A stretch of 64,000 nt of DNA from Pseudomonadota bacterium (GTDB lineage: Bacteria; Pseudomonadota; Alphaproteobacteria; Rhodobacterales; Rhodobacteraceae): positions 2,021 through 66,020 of the forward strand of contig JBCDBR010000024.1 in NCBI GenBank assembly GCA_039183205.1, in the 5' to 3' direction. Positions 24,337 to 34,460 of this stretch are shown here, piece by piece (the stretch's first letter is position 1; each line of letters opens with the position of its first letter). The notes beneath the pieces are model-generated. The model saw only the letters and a program-made list of their open reading frames with translations, searched no databases and was not told the origin of the DNA. Made by a program: the position numbers and the translations under genes.

Positions 24337-25437
24337 ATGACCGAAACCACTTCCCCCACCGAATACCGGGTGCCGCGCACCGTCGTTTCAGTGGATGCTA
24401 TGGGGGGGGATTTCGGACCGAAGATAGTTGTGGCTGGCCTCGAAAAGGCCGCGGCAAAAAACCCTGACCTTCGCTTTATCCTCCACGGACCCGAGGCAGA
24501 ATTATCGGCTCTGGTCGGGCGTAAGCCAGCCCTTGCCCGGCAATGCGAGATACGTCATGCCGAAGACGTCGTCCGGATGGCGGACAGACCGTCCCACGTC
24601 ATGCGCAACGGCAAGAAAACGTCCATGTGGTCTGCCATTGACGCGGTCCGCAACGGAGAGGCCACGGTCGCTGTATCGTGCGGCAATACCGGGGCGCTGA
24701 TGGCGGTGTCGATGGTGCGTTTGCGCAAGATCGAGGGGGTCAACCGCCCGGCCATTGCCGCCTTTTGGCCGTCGCGCAATACGCAAGGCTTTAACGTGCT
24801 TTTGGATTGCGGCGCAGATGTGCGCGCCGATGCCGAGGACCTGCTGCAATATGCGTTGATGGGCGCAAGCTATGCGCGCAATGCCTTTGAATTGGCGCGC
24901 CCGCGGGTTGGTTTGCTTAATGTCGGAACCGAAGAACATAAAGGGCGGGCAGAGCTAAAGGTCGCGGCCGATCTTATCGCGCAAGCAGCGCCTGCGGCGG
25001 ATTTCGATTTCGTGGGCTTCAGTGAAGGGGGCGATCTGCCATCCGCCGAGGTCGATGTCATCGTCACCGACGGGTTCACCGGGAATATCGCTTTGAAAAC
25101 CGGCGAAGGCACCGCGACCTTAATCCGGGAACTTTTGCGCGAGGCCTTCAATTACTCACCGCTCAGCCGGATTGCGTCTTTGCTTGCCTATACCTCCCTA
25201 CGCCGTCTGTCCAAGCGGATCGACAGCCGCCGCGCGAATGGCGGGGTGTTTCTTGGCCTGAACGGCACGGTCGTCAAATCGCACGGATCGGCCGACCCGA
25301 CCGGGATTGCCGCGGCGATAAAGCTCGCAGCCCGCCTTGCCAGTGCCGGCTTTAGCGAACGGCTGGCCGCGCGGATTGCCACCGCGGAACAGGCCGCAGG
25401 TGCCGCGATACAAGCGCAAGAGGAATCGCGTTCATGA
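24337..25437 (+). CDS. plsX: Phosphate acyltransferase PlsX
   Basis: SVDAMGGDFGP, GNTGAL, RPAIA, DGFTGN, KSHGS motifs. Confidence 0.97.
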   Translation: MTETTSPTEYRVPRTVVSVDAMGGDFGPKIVVAGLEKAAAKNPDLRFILHGPEAELSALVGRKPALARQCEIRHAEDVVRMADRPSHVMRNGKKTSMWSAIDAVRNGEATVAVSCGNTGALMAVSMVRLRKIEGVNRPAIAAFWPSRNTQGFNVLLDCGADVRADAEDLLQYALMGASYARNAFELARPRVGLLNVGTEEHKGRAELKVAADLIAQAAPAADFDFVGFSEGGDLPSAEVDVIVTDGFTGNIALKTGEGTATLIRELLREAFNYSPLSRIASLLAYTSLRRLSKRIDSRRANGGVFLGLNGTVVKSHGSADPTGIAAAIKLAARLASAGFSERLAARIATAEQAAGAAIQAQEESRS

Positions 25438-26408
25438 CCCTTCGCGCCGTTCCCGTGGGCATTGGGCACTACCTCCCCGGCCGCGTGGTCGAGAACGCTT
25501 GGTTCACCGAATTCTTGGACACTTCGGATGAATGGATCCGGGCGCGCTCTGGCATTGAGCGGCGGCACTTTGCCGAAGATGGCGAAACAACCTCGAGCAT
25601 GGCGATTGCAGCCGCTGAGCGGGCGCTCACCGATGCGGGGCTGCGCGTGCAAGATATCGACGGGCTGATTGTCGCGACCTCTACGCCCGATCTCACATTC
25701 CCGTCCGCGGCCACGATGATCCAGGCCGGCCTCGGCATGAAATCAGGCTTTGCCTTCGATGTCCAAGCGGTGTGTGCGGGGTTCATTTTTGCGCTTTCAA
25801 CGGCGCAGGCCTATATCGCCAGCGGTCAGGCCCGGCGTCTTTTGGTCATCGGCGCCGAAACCTTCAGCCGGATCATGGATTGGCAAGATCGCAGCACATG
25901 CGTCTTATTCGGCGATGGCGCGGGCGCGCTTGTATTAGAGGCGCAAACGCTATCGGGTGGCTCAGATGATCGGGGCATCTTGGCCACCGATCTGCATTCG
26001 GATGGGCAATTCAAAGACTTGCTGTTCGTGGATGGGGGCGTATCGACAACCCAGACGACCGGCGTTTTGCGGATGGAAGGCAAAGAGGTCTTCCGCCATG
26101 CCGTCGAAAAGCTGGCCCAAACCGCGCATACCGCCTTGGAGCGTGCCGACCTGTCCCCCACAGATGTCGATTGGATCGTGCCGCATCAGGCGAATTTGCG
26201 GATCATAACCCGCACGGCCCAGAAAATGGGTGTGTCGATGGACCGGGTCATCGTCACGGTGCAAGACCACGGCAATACCTCGGCCGCGTCGATCCCATTG
26301 GCCCTCTCGGTGGGCGCGGCCTCAGGCCAGATCAAACCGGGCCATCTGCTTGTCGCCGAAGCGATCGGGGGCGGATTGGCTTGGGGATCGGTTGTGATGC
26401 GCTGGTAA
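25434..26408 (+). CDS. fabH: 3-oxoacyl-ACP synthase III
   Basis: AVCAGF, FGDGAGA, PHQANLRI, GNTSAASIP (Cys-His-Asn triad). Confidence 0.97.
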   Translation: MTLRAVPVGIGHYLPGRVVENAWFTEFLDTSDEWIRARSGIERRHFAEDGETTSSMAIAAAERALTDAGLRVQDIDGLIVATSTPDLTFPSAATMIQAGLGMKSGFAFDVQAVCAGFIFALSTAQAYIASGQARRLLVIGAETFSRIMDWQDRSTCVLFGDGAGALVLEAQTLSGGSDDRGILATDLHSDGQFKDLLFVDGGVSTTQTTGVLRMEGKEVFRHAVEKLAQTAHTALERADLSPTDVDWIVPHQANLRIITRTAQKMGVSMDRVIVTVQDHGNTSAASIPLALSVGAASGQIKPGHLLVAEAIGGGLAWGSVVMRW

Positions 26409-26441
26409 TTGCTCGCGAACTGCGCGCCGCAAACCCTTACA

Positions 26442-26470
26442 TTGACACAAGAAAACCCTTAGCCCATTCT
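26442..26470 (+). promoter_or_regulatory. sigma70-type promoter of ihfA
   Basis: TTGACA (26442-26447), 17-nt spacer, CATTCT (26465-26470). Confidence 0.55.
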
Positions 26471-26496
26471 GCAATTATCAACTTAAGGAGACGCCG

Positions 26497-26799
26497 ATGT
26501 CCGTGAAGACGCTGACCCGTATGGATCTGAGCGATGCGGTGTTCCGTGAAGTGGGGCTTTCACGCAATGAAAGCGCGCTGCTCGTCGAACGCGTATTGGA
26601 AATGATGTCAGATTCGTTGGTCGAAAGTGGCCAAGTGAAAATTTCCTCATTTGGCACCTTCTCGGTTCGGTCGAAAACCGCCCGGGTCGGTCGCAATCCG
26701 AAAACCGGCGAAGAGGTCCCCATTCTTCCGCGCCGTGTCCTGACCTTCCGACCAAGCCATTTGATGAAGGATCGGGTGGCTGAGGGAAACCGAGGCTAG
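26497..26799 (+). CDS. ihfA: Integration host factor alpha
   Basis: [32 protein letters not shown] motifs. Confidence 0.97.
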   Translation: MSVKTLTRMDLSDAVFREVGLSRNESALLVERVLEMMSDSLVESGQVKISSFGTFSVRSKTARVGRNPKTGEEVPILPRRVLTFRPSHLMKDRVAEGNRG

Positions 26800-26803
26800 G
26801 GAC

Positions 26804-27811
26804 GTGTCGAAATCCTCCCAGGCGTTCCGCACGATCCGCGAGGTGTCGGATTGGCTGGATGTGAAGGCGCATGTGCTGCGGTTTTGGGAATCGAAATTCC
26901 CGCAGATCAAGCCGGTCAAGCGCGCTGGCGGCCGGCGCTATTACCGACCTGGCGACATGGAATTAGTCGGCGGGATCAAAGTGTTGCTGCACGAACAGGG
27001 CATGACGATCAAGGGCGTCCAAAACCTGATCCGCAGCGAGGGGACGGCCCATGTCGCCGCGCTTTCGCCGCCCATCGACACATTGAGCTTTGAAGAGGCC
27101 CCAGCCGATGAGCTTGCAGCTTGGGACCTTGATTTAAATGATGACAGCACAGACGGGATCGACGATGCGGAGATCCTGGATGCGGCACCGCCAGACCCTG
27201 TTGCGGATATCGCGGACAGCGCGATCATCGAAGCCCAAGAAACCATTGCGGGCGCGGTCGCAGCCGACCTGCCCGCCGCTGCAACAGAAGGCGCGCGCGA
27301 CGCGGATCAAAGTCCGGTTCCAGAATTGCCATTGGAGCCGCCATTGGATGTGAGCCCCCAGGACGAAACCGATGTCAGCGTCGCGATGGACACCACCGCG
27401 GCCAGCGAAGACGCGTCATTGCCGGTCCCTGAGGAGGCCGGAGAATCAGCAGAGGAAACCACGGCCGTTGGCGCAGATATCCAGACCGACACCGGGCCGG
27501 AAATTCCCAACGATACCGGAGCGGCTGCGCACGATACCGCCGATCCAGAACTTGATCGGCCCGAGACCATCGCAGAAGAGCCCGACCAAATCGGCGCGCC
27601 CGAACAGATCGCCGCATTTGAAGGTCCCGGGCCTGCATCGCAGGACGACGCGGCGTCAGGTTCAGGACCCGATATGCCGATTTTGATGGCCGCGTTTGCG
27701 GAGCTGACCGCAGCGTTGCCGGCGCGTCCGACGGGAGCGGGCCCGCAATTGGCCCCGATACTCGATCGCTGCGCGGCGTTGGCGGCCCGGATGGCACCGG
27801 TATCGCGCTGA
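26804..27811 (+). CDS. MerR-family regulator with long acidic low-complexity tail
   Basis: [31 protein letters not shown]; usual position after ihfA. Confidence 0.88.
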   Translation: MSKSSQAFRTIREVSDWLDVKAHVLRFWESKFPQIKPVKRAGGRRYYRPGDMELVGGIKVLLHEQGMTIKGVQNLIRSEGTAHVAALSPPIDTLSFEEAPADELAAWDLDLNDDSTDGIDDAEILDAAPPDPVADIADSAIIEAQETIAGAVAADLPAAATEGARDADQSPVPELPLEPPLDVSPQDETDVSVAMDTTAASEDASLPVPEEAGESAEETTAVGADIQTDTGPEIPNDTGAAAHDTADPELDRPETIAEEPDQIGAPEQIAAFEGPGPASQDDAASGSGPDMPILMAAFAELTAALPARPTGAGPQLAPILDRCAALAARMAPVSR

Positions 27812-27852
27812 CCCTTGCGCCCCGGACCAAAATCGCTAGAACGGCGAAACGT

Positions 27853-27929
27853 CGGGCTATGGCGCAGCCTGGTAGCGCGTCCGTCTGGGGGACGGAAGGT
27901 CGCAGGTTCGAGTCCTGCTAGCCCGACCA
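27853..27929 (+). tRNA. tRNA-Pro (GGG)
   Basis: CGGGCTA/TAGCCCG acceptor stem, anticodon arm TCCGT-CTGGGGG-ACGGA, GTTCGAGTC T-loop, encoded CCA. Confidence 0.97.
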
Positions 27930-27990
27930 TCACCGCTACGTTTTCTTTTTGTATCTTGCACCTAGCGGCGTGCTGCGGTGTGCTGGTGTG

Positions 27991-29079
27991 ATGACGAACC
28001 TGCCCGAAAATCCCGGCGTTCTGCCCGATACCGCGCTGCGTGCCTTGATCGATCTGGGCGCGATCGCCGCCGATCTGCCGATTGACGCAGACCAATTGCA
28101 ACCGGCCAGCCTGGATCTTCGATTGGGCCGCGTCGCGATCCGTGTCCGCGCATCCTTCCTGGCCGGTCAAGGCCAAGCTTTGGCGGACCGTTTGCCCGAA
28201 TTTGAGATGCACCGCATCGACTTAACCGACGGCGCGGTTCTGGAAAAAGGCTGCGTTTACGTGGTTCCGTTAATGGAGCGCTTGGCGCTGCCGGCCGGCA
28301 TAAGTGCGGTTGCCAACGCCAAAAGCTCGACCGGTCGACTGGATCTGCTCACCCGCACGATTTCCGATGGCGGCGAGGAATTTGACCGCATCGGTCCAGG
28401 CTATTCTGGCCCGCTTTATGCTGAGATTTGCCCCCGATCGTTCAGCGTATTGGCGCAGGCCGGCCAACGGCTCAACCAAATTCGGTTTCGCCAAGGCCAT
28501 GCAGCCTTAGATGACGCCGCGCTGGCGGACTTGCATGCTAATGACCCGTTGGTCGACGGCGTGGCGCATATCGATGGCGGTCTTGGCTTTTCCGTGGACC
28601 TGCGCCCCAAGGACGGCACGCTCGTGGGCTACCGCGCCAAACCTCATACCGGCCTCGTTAACTTGGCCAATATTGCCGGGCATCGGCCTGCTGATTATTG
28701 GGAAGAAGTGCGCAGCGACACCGGGCGCATCATCCTTGATCCAGGCGCCTTCTACATCTTGGTCAGCCGCGAGGCGGTCACAATCCCACCCAGCTATGCC
28801 GCCGAAATGGCGCCTTATCTTGCCATGGTTGGAGAGTTTCGGGTGCATTATGCTGGCTTCTTCGACCCGGGATTTGGCCATGCCAGCGCGGACGGCAAAG
28901 GCGCACGCGGCGTTCTGGAAGTCCGATGTCACGAAGCGCCCTTTGTGCTCGAACACGGCCAAATTGTAGGCCGTCTGATCTATGAACAGATGGCCGCGAT
29001 CCCGGCCCGCCTATATGGCGCCGGGTTGCGATCAAACTACCAGGGTCAAGGATTAAAATTATCTAAACATTTTAAATAA
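27991..29079 (+). CDS. dcd: 2'-deoxycytidine 5'-triphosphate deaminase (alphaproteobacterial type)
   Basis: QPASLDLRLG, KSSTGRLD, RVHYAGFFDPGFG, SNYQGQGLKLSKHF motifs. Confidence 0.93.
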   Translation: MTNLPENPGVLPDTALRALIDLGAIAADLPIDADQLQPASLDLRLGRVAIRVRASFLAGQGQALADRLPEFEMHRIDLTDGAVLEKGCVYVVPLMERLALPAGISAVANAKSSTGRLDLLTRTISDGGEEFDRIGPGYSGPLYAEICPRSFSVLAQAGQRLNQIRFRQGHAALDDAALADLHANDPLVDGVAHIDGGLGFSVDLRPKDGTLVGYRAKPHTGLVNLANIAGHRPADYWEEVRSDTGRIILDPGAFYILVSREAVTIPPSYAAEMAPYLAMVGEFRVHYAGFFDPGFGHASADGKGARGVLEVRCHEAPFVLEHGQIVGRLIYEQMAAIPARLYGAGLRSNYQGQGLKLSKHFK

Positions 29080-29270
29080 TAAAAGTACGAAGTTAAGGTA
29101 AAATTCGGTTGAAACCGTGACGATGGTAAGGCCGAGATGGCTGTTGGTTTCCCGTCGATGAATGACCAGCGCGCGCCCTGATATGTCTCTGCCCCAATGT
29201 GCCGGTCTCGCCCCAATCCCGTCCAGAAGACGCTCTCCCGGCCGACTTCGCTGGCGGTGAAAGCGCTCAT
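29046..29270 (-). other. Small ORF or gene remnant at the island junction
   Basis: Strong SD CAGGAGG before ATG 29270; 74-codon frame (MSAFTASEVGRESVFWTG...) runs into the dcd 3' end. Confidence 0.3.
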
Positions 29271-29401
29271 GGGTTCTGCGCGACCTCCTGAGACCGTCGA
29301 TCTTCGAAGGGGATTAGGTATAGCGCCTGCGACCGCATGCGGCCAAGGCCGGAGCATCAGGCAAAGGGCTGCATGCGAACATCCAGCGCGCGTGTCCAAC
29401 G

Positions 29402-30484
29402 TTAATCCGATGCGGCGGCCAACTTGTCGTAGAAATCGAGGAAAATCGCGTCGCGTTGCACGTCATGCGCTTCTCGCATGGTATGGGCATTCGCGCGCGG
29501 TCGCCAAAAAAGCGCGTCATCCAAAATCGGGCTGCTCGTGAGATAGGTGGGGACCCAGTCCGGGTTGATCAGCCAGGCGATGTTGATGATATCCCAGATC
29601 ACCCAGGTGCGACGCGCGGTATCGGTGATGGCAAACATCTCGTGCAGCGGGTTGTGGGTAAAAAGGTGGTAGAGGTAATCGCCGATCGCGCCGCGCCCCT
29701 TCACGAAGTCGCGCATTTCACTGTGAGAGATCTTCAGTTGCGCGCCGACATGATAGCCGGGCAGATAGACATGCGCAGCGCCACTGTCGAAGATCAGGCG
29801 CGATGCATGGACATCCTGGACCAAGTTCAGCGACGGACGGTTGCAATGGGGCGCGCTGGAGGGATAGGCAGATGTCCAGATGATCACGATTCGGTCGAGA
29901 ATATCGGGCGCTTTTAGGATGGCCGAGGCGATGTTGGTCACACAGCCCATGGCCGCAACATAAAGCGGCGTATCGCCGGAGCGCGCCAGTTGGATAATCG
30001 TTTCGACCGCGTCGGAATCGACGACATCTTCGGCATGGGTCATGTAGCGGGTGGCACCGCGATGGACCTTCCCGGAGCTGCCGACGCCAAGCTTGTCGTA
30101 GATCGTGAGGATCTCTTGATAGCTGAGTTCCATTCCCTCTGGTGGCATTGTAAATTCAAGTTCCGCGGCGCGGCGGCCTTGCGCATGCAGCCGTTCCACC
30201 CATCCCTGAAAGCCGCCCACAAGGTGCTGATCAATGCGTTTGCCCATCTCGATGGCCTGTTCCGCGGCCAGCAACCCGGGACGATGATGGGCGAAGGAAA
30301 ACGGCTCTGCCGTGACCGCCACGACGTTCATCTGCGCTGGCGACAGAAGCGCCCAGGCCAAAGCAAACTGATCGTCGATCTCATTGGCAGCGTCAGTATC
30401 GATCAAAAGCCGCACGGGCGTTCGGGAAGGTGGCTCCAACAACGCACGAAGCGCAGCGTCGGACATTTGCGGCAGTTCAGTCAT
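29402..30484 (-). CDS. Divergent nucleoside hydrolase family protein
   Basis: DTDAANEIDDQFA Asp-rich motif, GCVTNIASA, WVIWDI; insertion after the first motif. Confidence 0.85.
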   Translation of the reverse strand: MTELPQMSDAALRALLEPPSRTPVRLLIDTDAANEIDDQFALAWALLSPAQMNVVAVTAEPFSFAHHRPGLLAAEQAIEMGKRIDQHLVGGFQGWVERLHAQGRRAAELEFTMPPEGMELSYQEILTIYDKLGVGSSGKVHRGATRYMTHAEDVVDSDAVETIIQLARSGDTPLYVAAMGCVTNIASAILKAPDILDRIVIIWTSAYPSSAPHCNRPSLNLVQDVHASRLIFDSGAAHVYLPGYHVGAQLKISHSEMRDFVKGRGAIGDYLYHLFTHNPLHEMFAITDTARRTWVIWDIINIAWLINPDWVPTYLTSSPILDDALFWRPRANAHTMREAHDVQRDAIFLDFYDKLAAASD

Positions 30485-30499
30485 CGTCTCACCTCAATG

Positions 30500-31297
30500 T
30501 CAGATATGGCGCGGTGTGCGAGCGGATTGCGACAGGTTAAAGCGGACCGAACCCCGGCGGAAAACCTCCTCATGAAACACGATGATGCCGTGTTCATCAA
30601 AGGCGGAGCAGGCTTGTTTCAAAAGTGGCACGCCGGGTGCGATGTCAAACAGGGCCGCCGATTGCGCATCGGCCAAAATGGGCGAAATATCTTCACAAGC
30701 CGCCGACCATTGCAGGCCAAAACGGCCGCTGAGGATCCGCAGGATCGATTGATTTGGGCCAGTTTCGGGGAAATCGCCGGGCTTCGGATCCGCGATCAGA
30801 TGCGATGGCGCATAAGTTTGGACCAACATGAAAGGGTCGTCGTCGACCATCCGCAGGCGGACGATGCGGGTGATCGGTTGGTTGCACATCTCAGATGGCA
30901 ACTCGTGCAGTGCCGCGGCGCCAGCTGGGAAATGGTCAAGAGATAAAAACCGCGATCGTGGCTCCCGCCCGGCGCGCAGCATCGCGTCGGTAAACGACGT
31001 CAAACAGGTGTCGGAGGCCGGCGACAGCGTGACCACCCTGTAGCCACTGCCTTGGCGGCTTTCAACATATCCATCTTGTACCAAAAGATCGAGCGCCCGT
31101 CGGATCGTCACGCGGCTGACAGAGAATTGACTGGCCAGTTCTACCTCCGTCGGCACGCGGCCGCCAACGGGGTAGCGCCCCTCTTTTATGTGGCGAAGCA
31201 TGGTCCGATAGGCGTGTTCGTATTTCGGCACCTCTCGACCGGGTTGGCGGGATTGGCTCGGGCCGCGATCGGCCTTGCGTTTGGCTTTCCTCTGCAT
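30500..31297 (-). CDS. GntR family regulator (HutC/UTRA subfamily)
   Basis: RVPTEVELASQFSVSRVTIRRAL, RQGSG wHTH; SFTDAM...RLR UTRA domain. Confidence 0.92.
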   Translation of the reverse strand: MQRKAKRKADRGPSQSRQPGREVPKYEHAYRTMLRHIKEGRYPVGGRVPTEVELASQFSVSRVTIRRALDLLVQDGYVESRQGSGYRVVTLSPASDTCLTSFTDAMLRAGREPRSRFLSLDHFPAGAAALHELPSEMCNQPITRIVRLRMVDDDPFMLVQTYAPSHLIADPKPGDFPETGPNQSILRILSGRFGLQWSAACEDISPILADAQSAALFDIAPGVPLLKQACSAFDEHGIIVFHEEVFRRGSVRFNLSQSARTPRHI

Positions 31298-31323
31298 CCT
31301 GTTCCCTTTGCGCGGGGGCCCGG

Positions 31324-32793
31324 TCAGGCCACCCAAACACTCTTTGTTTGGCTGTAAAGCGCGATTGCGTCCTTGCCCATTTCGCGCCCATAGCCGGACA
31401 TTTTCACCCCGCCAAACGGCGATGCCGCGTCGGTCTCACCCCAGCAATTGACCCAGATGGTCCCCGCTTTCAGTCGATCCGCGAACCGGCGAATGCGGGT
31501 GACATCTTGCGACCACAGCCCAGCGGCCAGACCAAAGGCGGTGGCATTGGCGCGGTCGAGAACGTCCGCCTCGTCCGAAAACGGCAAAACGGCCAAAACC
31601 GGGCCGAAGACCTCCTGTTGCGTCACCGTCATGTGGTCTTGGGCGGTCAGGATCGTGGGGCGGATGAACCAGCCGGTTTCGCCTTGGCGCCGCCCACCGG
31701 CCAAAACGGTCGCACCTTGATCGCGGGCGCCATCGATATGGCCAAGGATCATGCCCATCTGTCGTTCCGAGATAACCGGGCCGAGATCGTGGGCGGGATC
31801 GTCAAGACCTGGACCGATATCCAATCCATCGGCCATCTGAACCAGCGCCTCCAGGACATTTTGATAAAGGCTTTCATGCACATAAAGTCGCGCACCCGCG
31901 GTGCAGCTTTGCCCGTTATTGCCGAAATTGGCCCAGAAGGCGCCGGATATGGCCCGGTCGAGATCGGCATCAGCAAACAGGATATTGGCGGCTTTGCCTC
32001 CCAATTCCAGCGAGAGCTTTTTGAGATTTCCGGCGGAGGCGGCGACGATGGATTGACCCGTGCGGGTGCTGCCAGTGAAACCGATCTTGGCGACGCCAGA
32101 ATGGGCCGCAAGGGCCGCGCCTGCCTCGCGGCCGAGCCCCGGGATCACGTTCAGAACGCCCAGAGGCAGCCCTGCCTCCAAGGCCAGATCGGCGAGGTAA
32201 AGCGCCGAGAGCGGGGTTTCTTCGGACGGTTTCAAGACCACGGTATTGCCGGCCGCCAGGCATGGCGCGAGTTTCCAAGCCGCCATCAAAAGCGGGTAAT
32301 TCCACGGCGTGATCAGGCCACAAACGCCAACGGGTTCGATGCGGGTGTAGTTCAACCGGTCCGGCGTGCTGACGGGGATCGTGGCGCCCTCGATCTTGTC
32401 GGGCCAACCGGCGAAGTACCGGAAGTGACGGGCGGACCAGAACGCATCGACATCGCGCGCCACGGCAAACGGCTTGCCATTGTCGAGCGCGTCCAATTGC
32501 CCAAAAATCGCCGCCCTCTCCTCGATCAGGTCGGCCAGCCGCCAAAGGATGCGCCCGCGATCATGGGGCGTGAGGCCGGTCCACCGGCCATCCTCGAACG
32601 CCATCTGCGCCGCGGCTACAGCCTGATCGACATCCTTGGCTTGCGCCCGCGCGACCGCGGCAAATTTGGCACCGGTGGAGGGGTTGATAACCTCCAATTC
32701 CGCCGCGCTGTCCGCCATCCCACCGCCGATCCGCAGAGGCTGCGCATTGGCGACGAAATCCGCCACGTCGGGCAAGAGCGTGATCTGGCTCAT
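31324..32793 (-). CDS. NAD-dependent aldehyde dehydrogenase
   Basis: PWNYP, KPSEETP, FTGST, LELGGK (Glu), GQSCTAG (Cys), EVFGP motifs. Confidence 0.95.
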   Translation of the reverse strand: MSQITLLPDVADFVANAQPLRIGGGMADSAAELEVINPSTGAKFAAVARAQAKDVDQAVAAAQMAFEDGRWTGLTPHDRGRILWRLADLIEERAAIFGQLDALDNGKPFAVARDVDAFWSARHFRYFAGWPDKIEGATIPVSTPDRLNYTRIEPVGVCGLITPWNYPLLMAAWKLAPCLAAGNTVVLKPSEETPLSALYLADLALEAGLPLGVLNVIPGLGREAGAALAAHSGVAKIGFTGSTRTGQSIVAASAGNLKKLSLELGGKAANILFADADLDRAISGAFWANFGNNGQSCTAGARLYVHESLYQNVLEALVQMADGLDIGPGLDDPAHDLGPVISERQMGMILGHIDGARDQGATVLAGGRRQGETGWFIRPTILTAQDHMTVTQQEVFGPVLAVLPFSDEADVLDRANATAFGLAAGLWSQDVTRIRRFADRLKAGTIWVNCWGETDAASPFGGVKMSGYGREMGKDAIALYSQTKSVWVA

Positions 32794-34460
32794 CCGTCCC
32801 CCAATTGCGCGGCGATCTCTGCATCGCGCAGGGCGCGCCGGTTGATCTTTCCCGATGATGTCATCGGGAAACGATCGACAAATGCAACTTCGCGTGGGGC
32901 TTTGTACCGGGCCAGACGGGTGCGGACATGGTCCTGCAATTGCTCCGCAAGTGCTGCACTGCCGGTCACCCCGGGCCGGGTCATAACCAGGGCCTTCACG
33001 ATCGATCCTCGATCGGCGTCGGGCTTGCCGATCACGGCAGCCTCGGCAACATCGTTATGGGCCATCAGGCATTCCTCAATCTCCGCCGGGCCGATGCGGA
33101 AACCGGACGACTTGATCAGATCGTCCGAGCGGCCCTTATACCAAAAATAGCCATCGGCATCGCGCACGGCCATGTCGCGTGTGCGCAGGAACAGGCCAAG
33201 CTCCATCTCCACCTCTTTGTCGGGATTGTTTAGGTAACCAATGAACCGGGTTGGCGCCGTCTTTGGTGTGACGATTTCGCCCTCTTCGCCTTCGGCCACG
33301 TCCTGGCCGTTTTCATCGACCAAACGCACATCATGGCCGGGATAGGCCCGTCCCATAGAGCCGGCACGGCGGGGATAAAGCGCCGCGCAATTGCCGATCA
33401 AATGGTTCACTTCGGTCATGCCGTAGAATTCGTTGCACACAACGCCAAGGCGATCTTCTGCCCAGGTCAGTGTCTCCGCCGCCAGAGCCTCGCCACCGGT
33501 ACAGATGACCTTGAGCGCCAAGTCGTGATCGCGGCGAGGATACGGGGTTTGAGCCAAGCGTTTAATCGCTGTCGGGGCCAGAAACGTATGGGTTACCTTG
33601 TGGCGGGCCATGAATGCATAAGCGTAATCGGCGCTGAAGCGGTCCAGAGACGTGGCGATCGGACGACCCGCCATCCAAGCCGGGAACAGCATGTCGAGAA
33701 GACCACCGACCCATGCCCAATCCGATGGCGACCAATAGACCGCGTCGGCCTGCTCCATCGACAAGTCGAAAAACAGGTTGATCGACGGAGTATAGGAGGC
33801 CAAAACGCGGTGCCCGTGCAGGATGCCCTTTGGTTTGCCAGTGGAGCCCGAGGTGTACATCAGCAAGGCCGGATCGTCGGCGCCGGTATAGTCGGGCACA
33901 AAGGTCGTCACCTCTCCCACCATGGCCTTGCCCAAATCAACCTCATTGCCCTTCGGGCTGCGGCAGAACACATGCTGGAGGTGCGGAAAATCCGCAGCGG
34001 CAGATGCACGTTGCGCCGACCACGCCGCGTCGGACGTCAAGATCACCGGCAATTGGCAGTCATTGAGTGCGTGTTTCAGCGTGTCCGGTCCATAAAGCTG
34101 CGACAGGGTCACCGCTATGGCGCCAATTTTGCAGACCGCCATATGGGCAATGGCCGTGTCGGGATGTTGGCCGGTATGGAGCCCGATCAACGCGCCGCGC
34201 CCATAGCCAAGCTCACGCAAGCGGGCTGCAAGGGCCGTGGCCGCACGGTCGACCTCTGCGAAACTTTGCATATGTGTCTGGCCGGCTGGATCCTCGTAGA
34301 TCATGGCAGGCAAGTTCCGGCTCTCTGGCCCCAGATGCTTGCCCAATGTCATAGCGAAGATGTTGGCGTCTTCCGCCCAGGTGATTTTGTATCCTGCGCC
34401 TGTCTGCGTCAGGTTCAGACCACTCAGCGCGTCTTCGGGGATATCCAACGGTGCGGTCAC
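32790..34460 (-). CDS. Acyl-CoA synthetase (acetate-CoA ligase-like)
   Basis: YTSGSTGKPKG, FYGMTE, GRSDDLIKSSG, SSGKI motifs; GTGA overlap with the DUF35 gene. Confidence 0.92.
   Translation of the reverse strand: MTAPLDIPEDALSGLNLTQTGAGYKITWAEDANIFAMTLGKHLGPESRNLPAMIYEDPAGQTHMQSFAEVDRAATALAARLRELGYGRGALIGLHTGQHPDTAIAHMAVCKIGAIAVTLSQLYGPDTLKHALNDCQLPVILTSDAAWSAQRASAAADFPHLQHVFCRSPKGNEVDLGKAMVGEVTTFVPDYTGADDPALLMYTSGSTGKPKGILHGHRVLASYTPSINLFFDLSMEQADAVYWSPSDWAWVGGLLDMLFPAWMAGRPIATSLDRFSADYAYAFMARHKVTHTFLAPTAIKRLAQTPYPRRDHDLALKVICTGGEALAAETLTWAEDRLGVVCNEFYGMTEVNHLIGNCAALYPRRAGSMGRAYPGHDVRLVDENGQDVAEGEEGEIVTPKTAPTRFIGYLNNPDKEVEMELGLFLRTRDMAVRDADGYFWYKGRSDDLIKSSGFRIGPAEIEECLMAHNDVAEAAVIGKPDADRGSIVKALVMTRPGVTGSAALAEQLQDHVRTRLARYKAPREVAFVDRFPMTSSGKINRRALRDAEIAAQLGDG

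Noticed and set aside
27080-27700. Acidic Ala/Asp/Glu/Pro-rich MerR tail as a repeat or novel domain
   Set aside because: Low complexity without a discrete repeat unit; such tails are common on this MerR next to ihfA
27853-27929. tRNA-Pro as the island attachment site
   Set aside because: The core gene dcd follows directly; no duplicated tRNA 3' end or integrase was seen in the window
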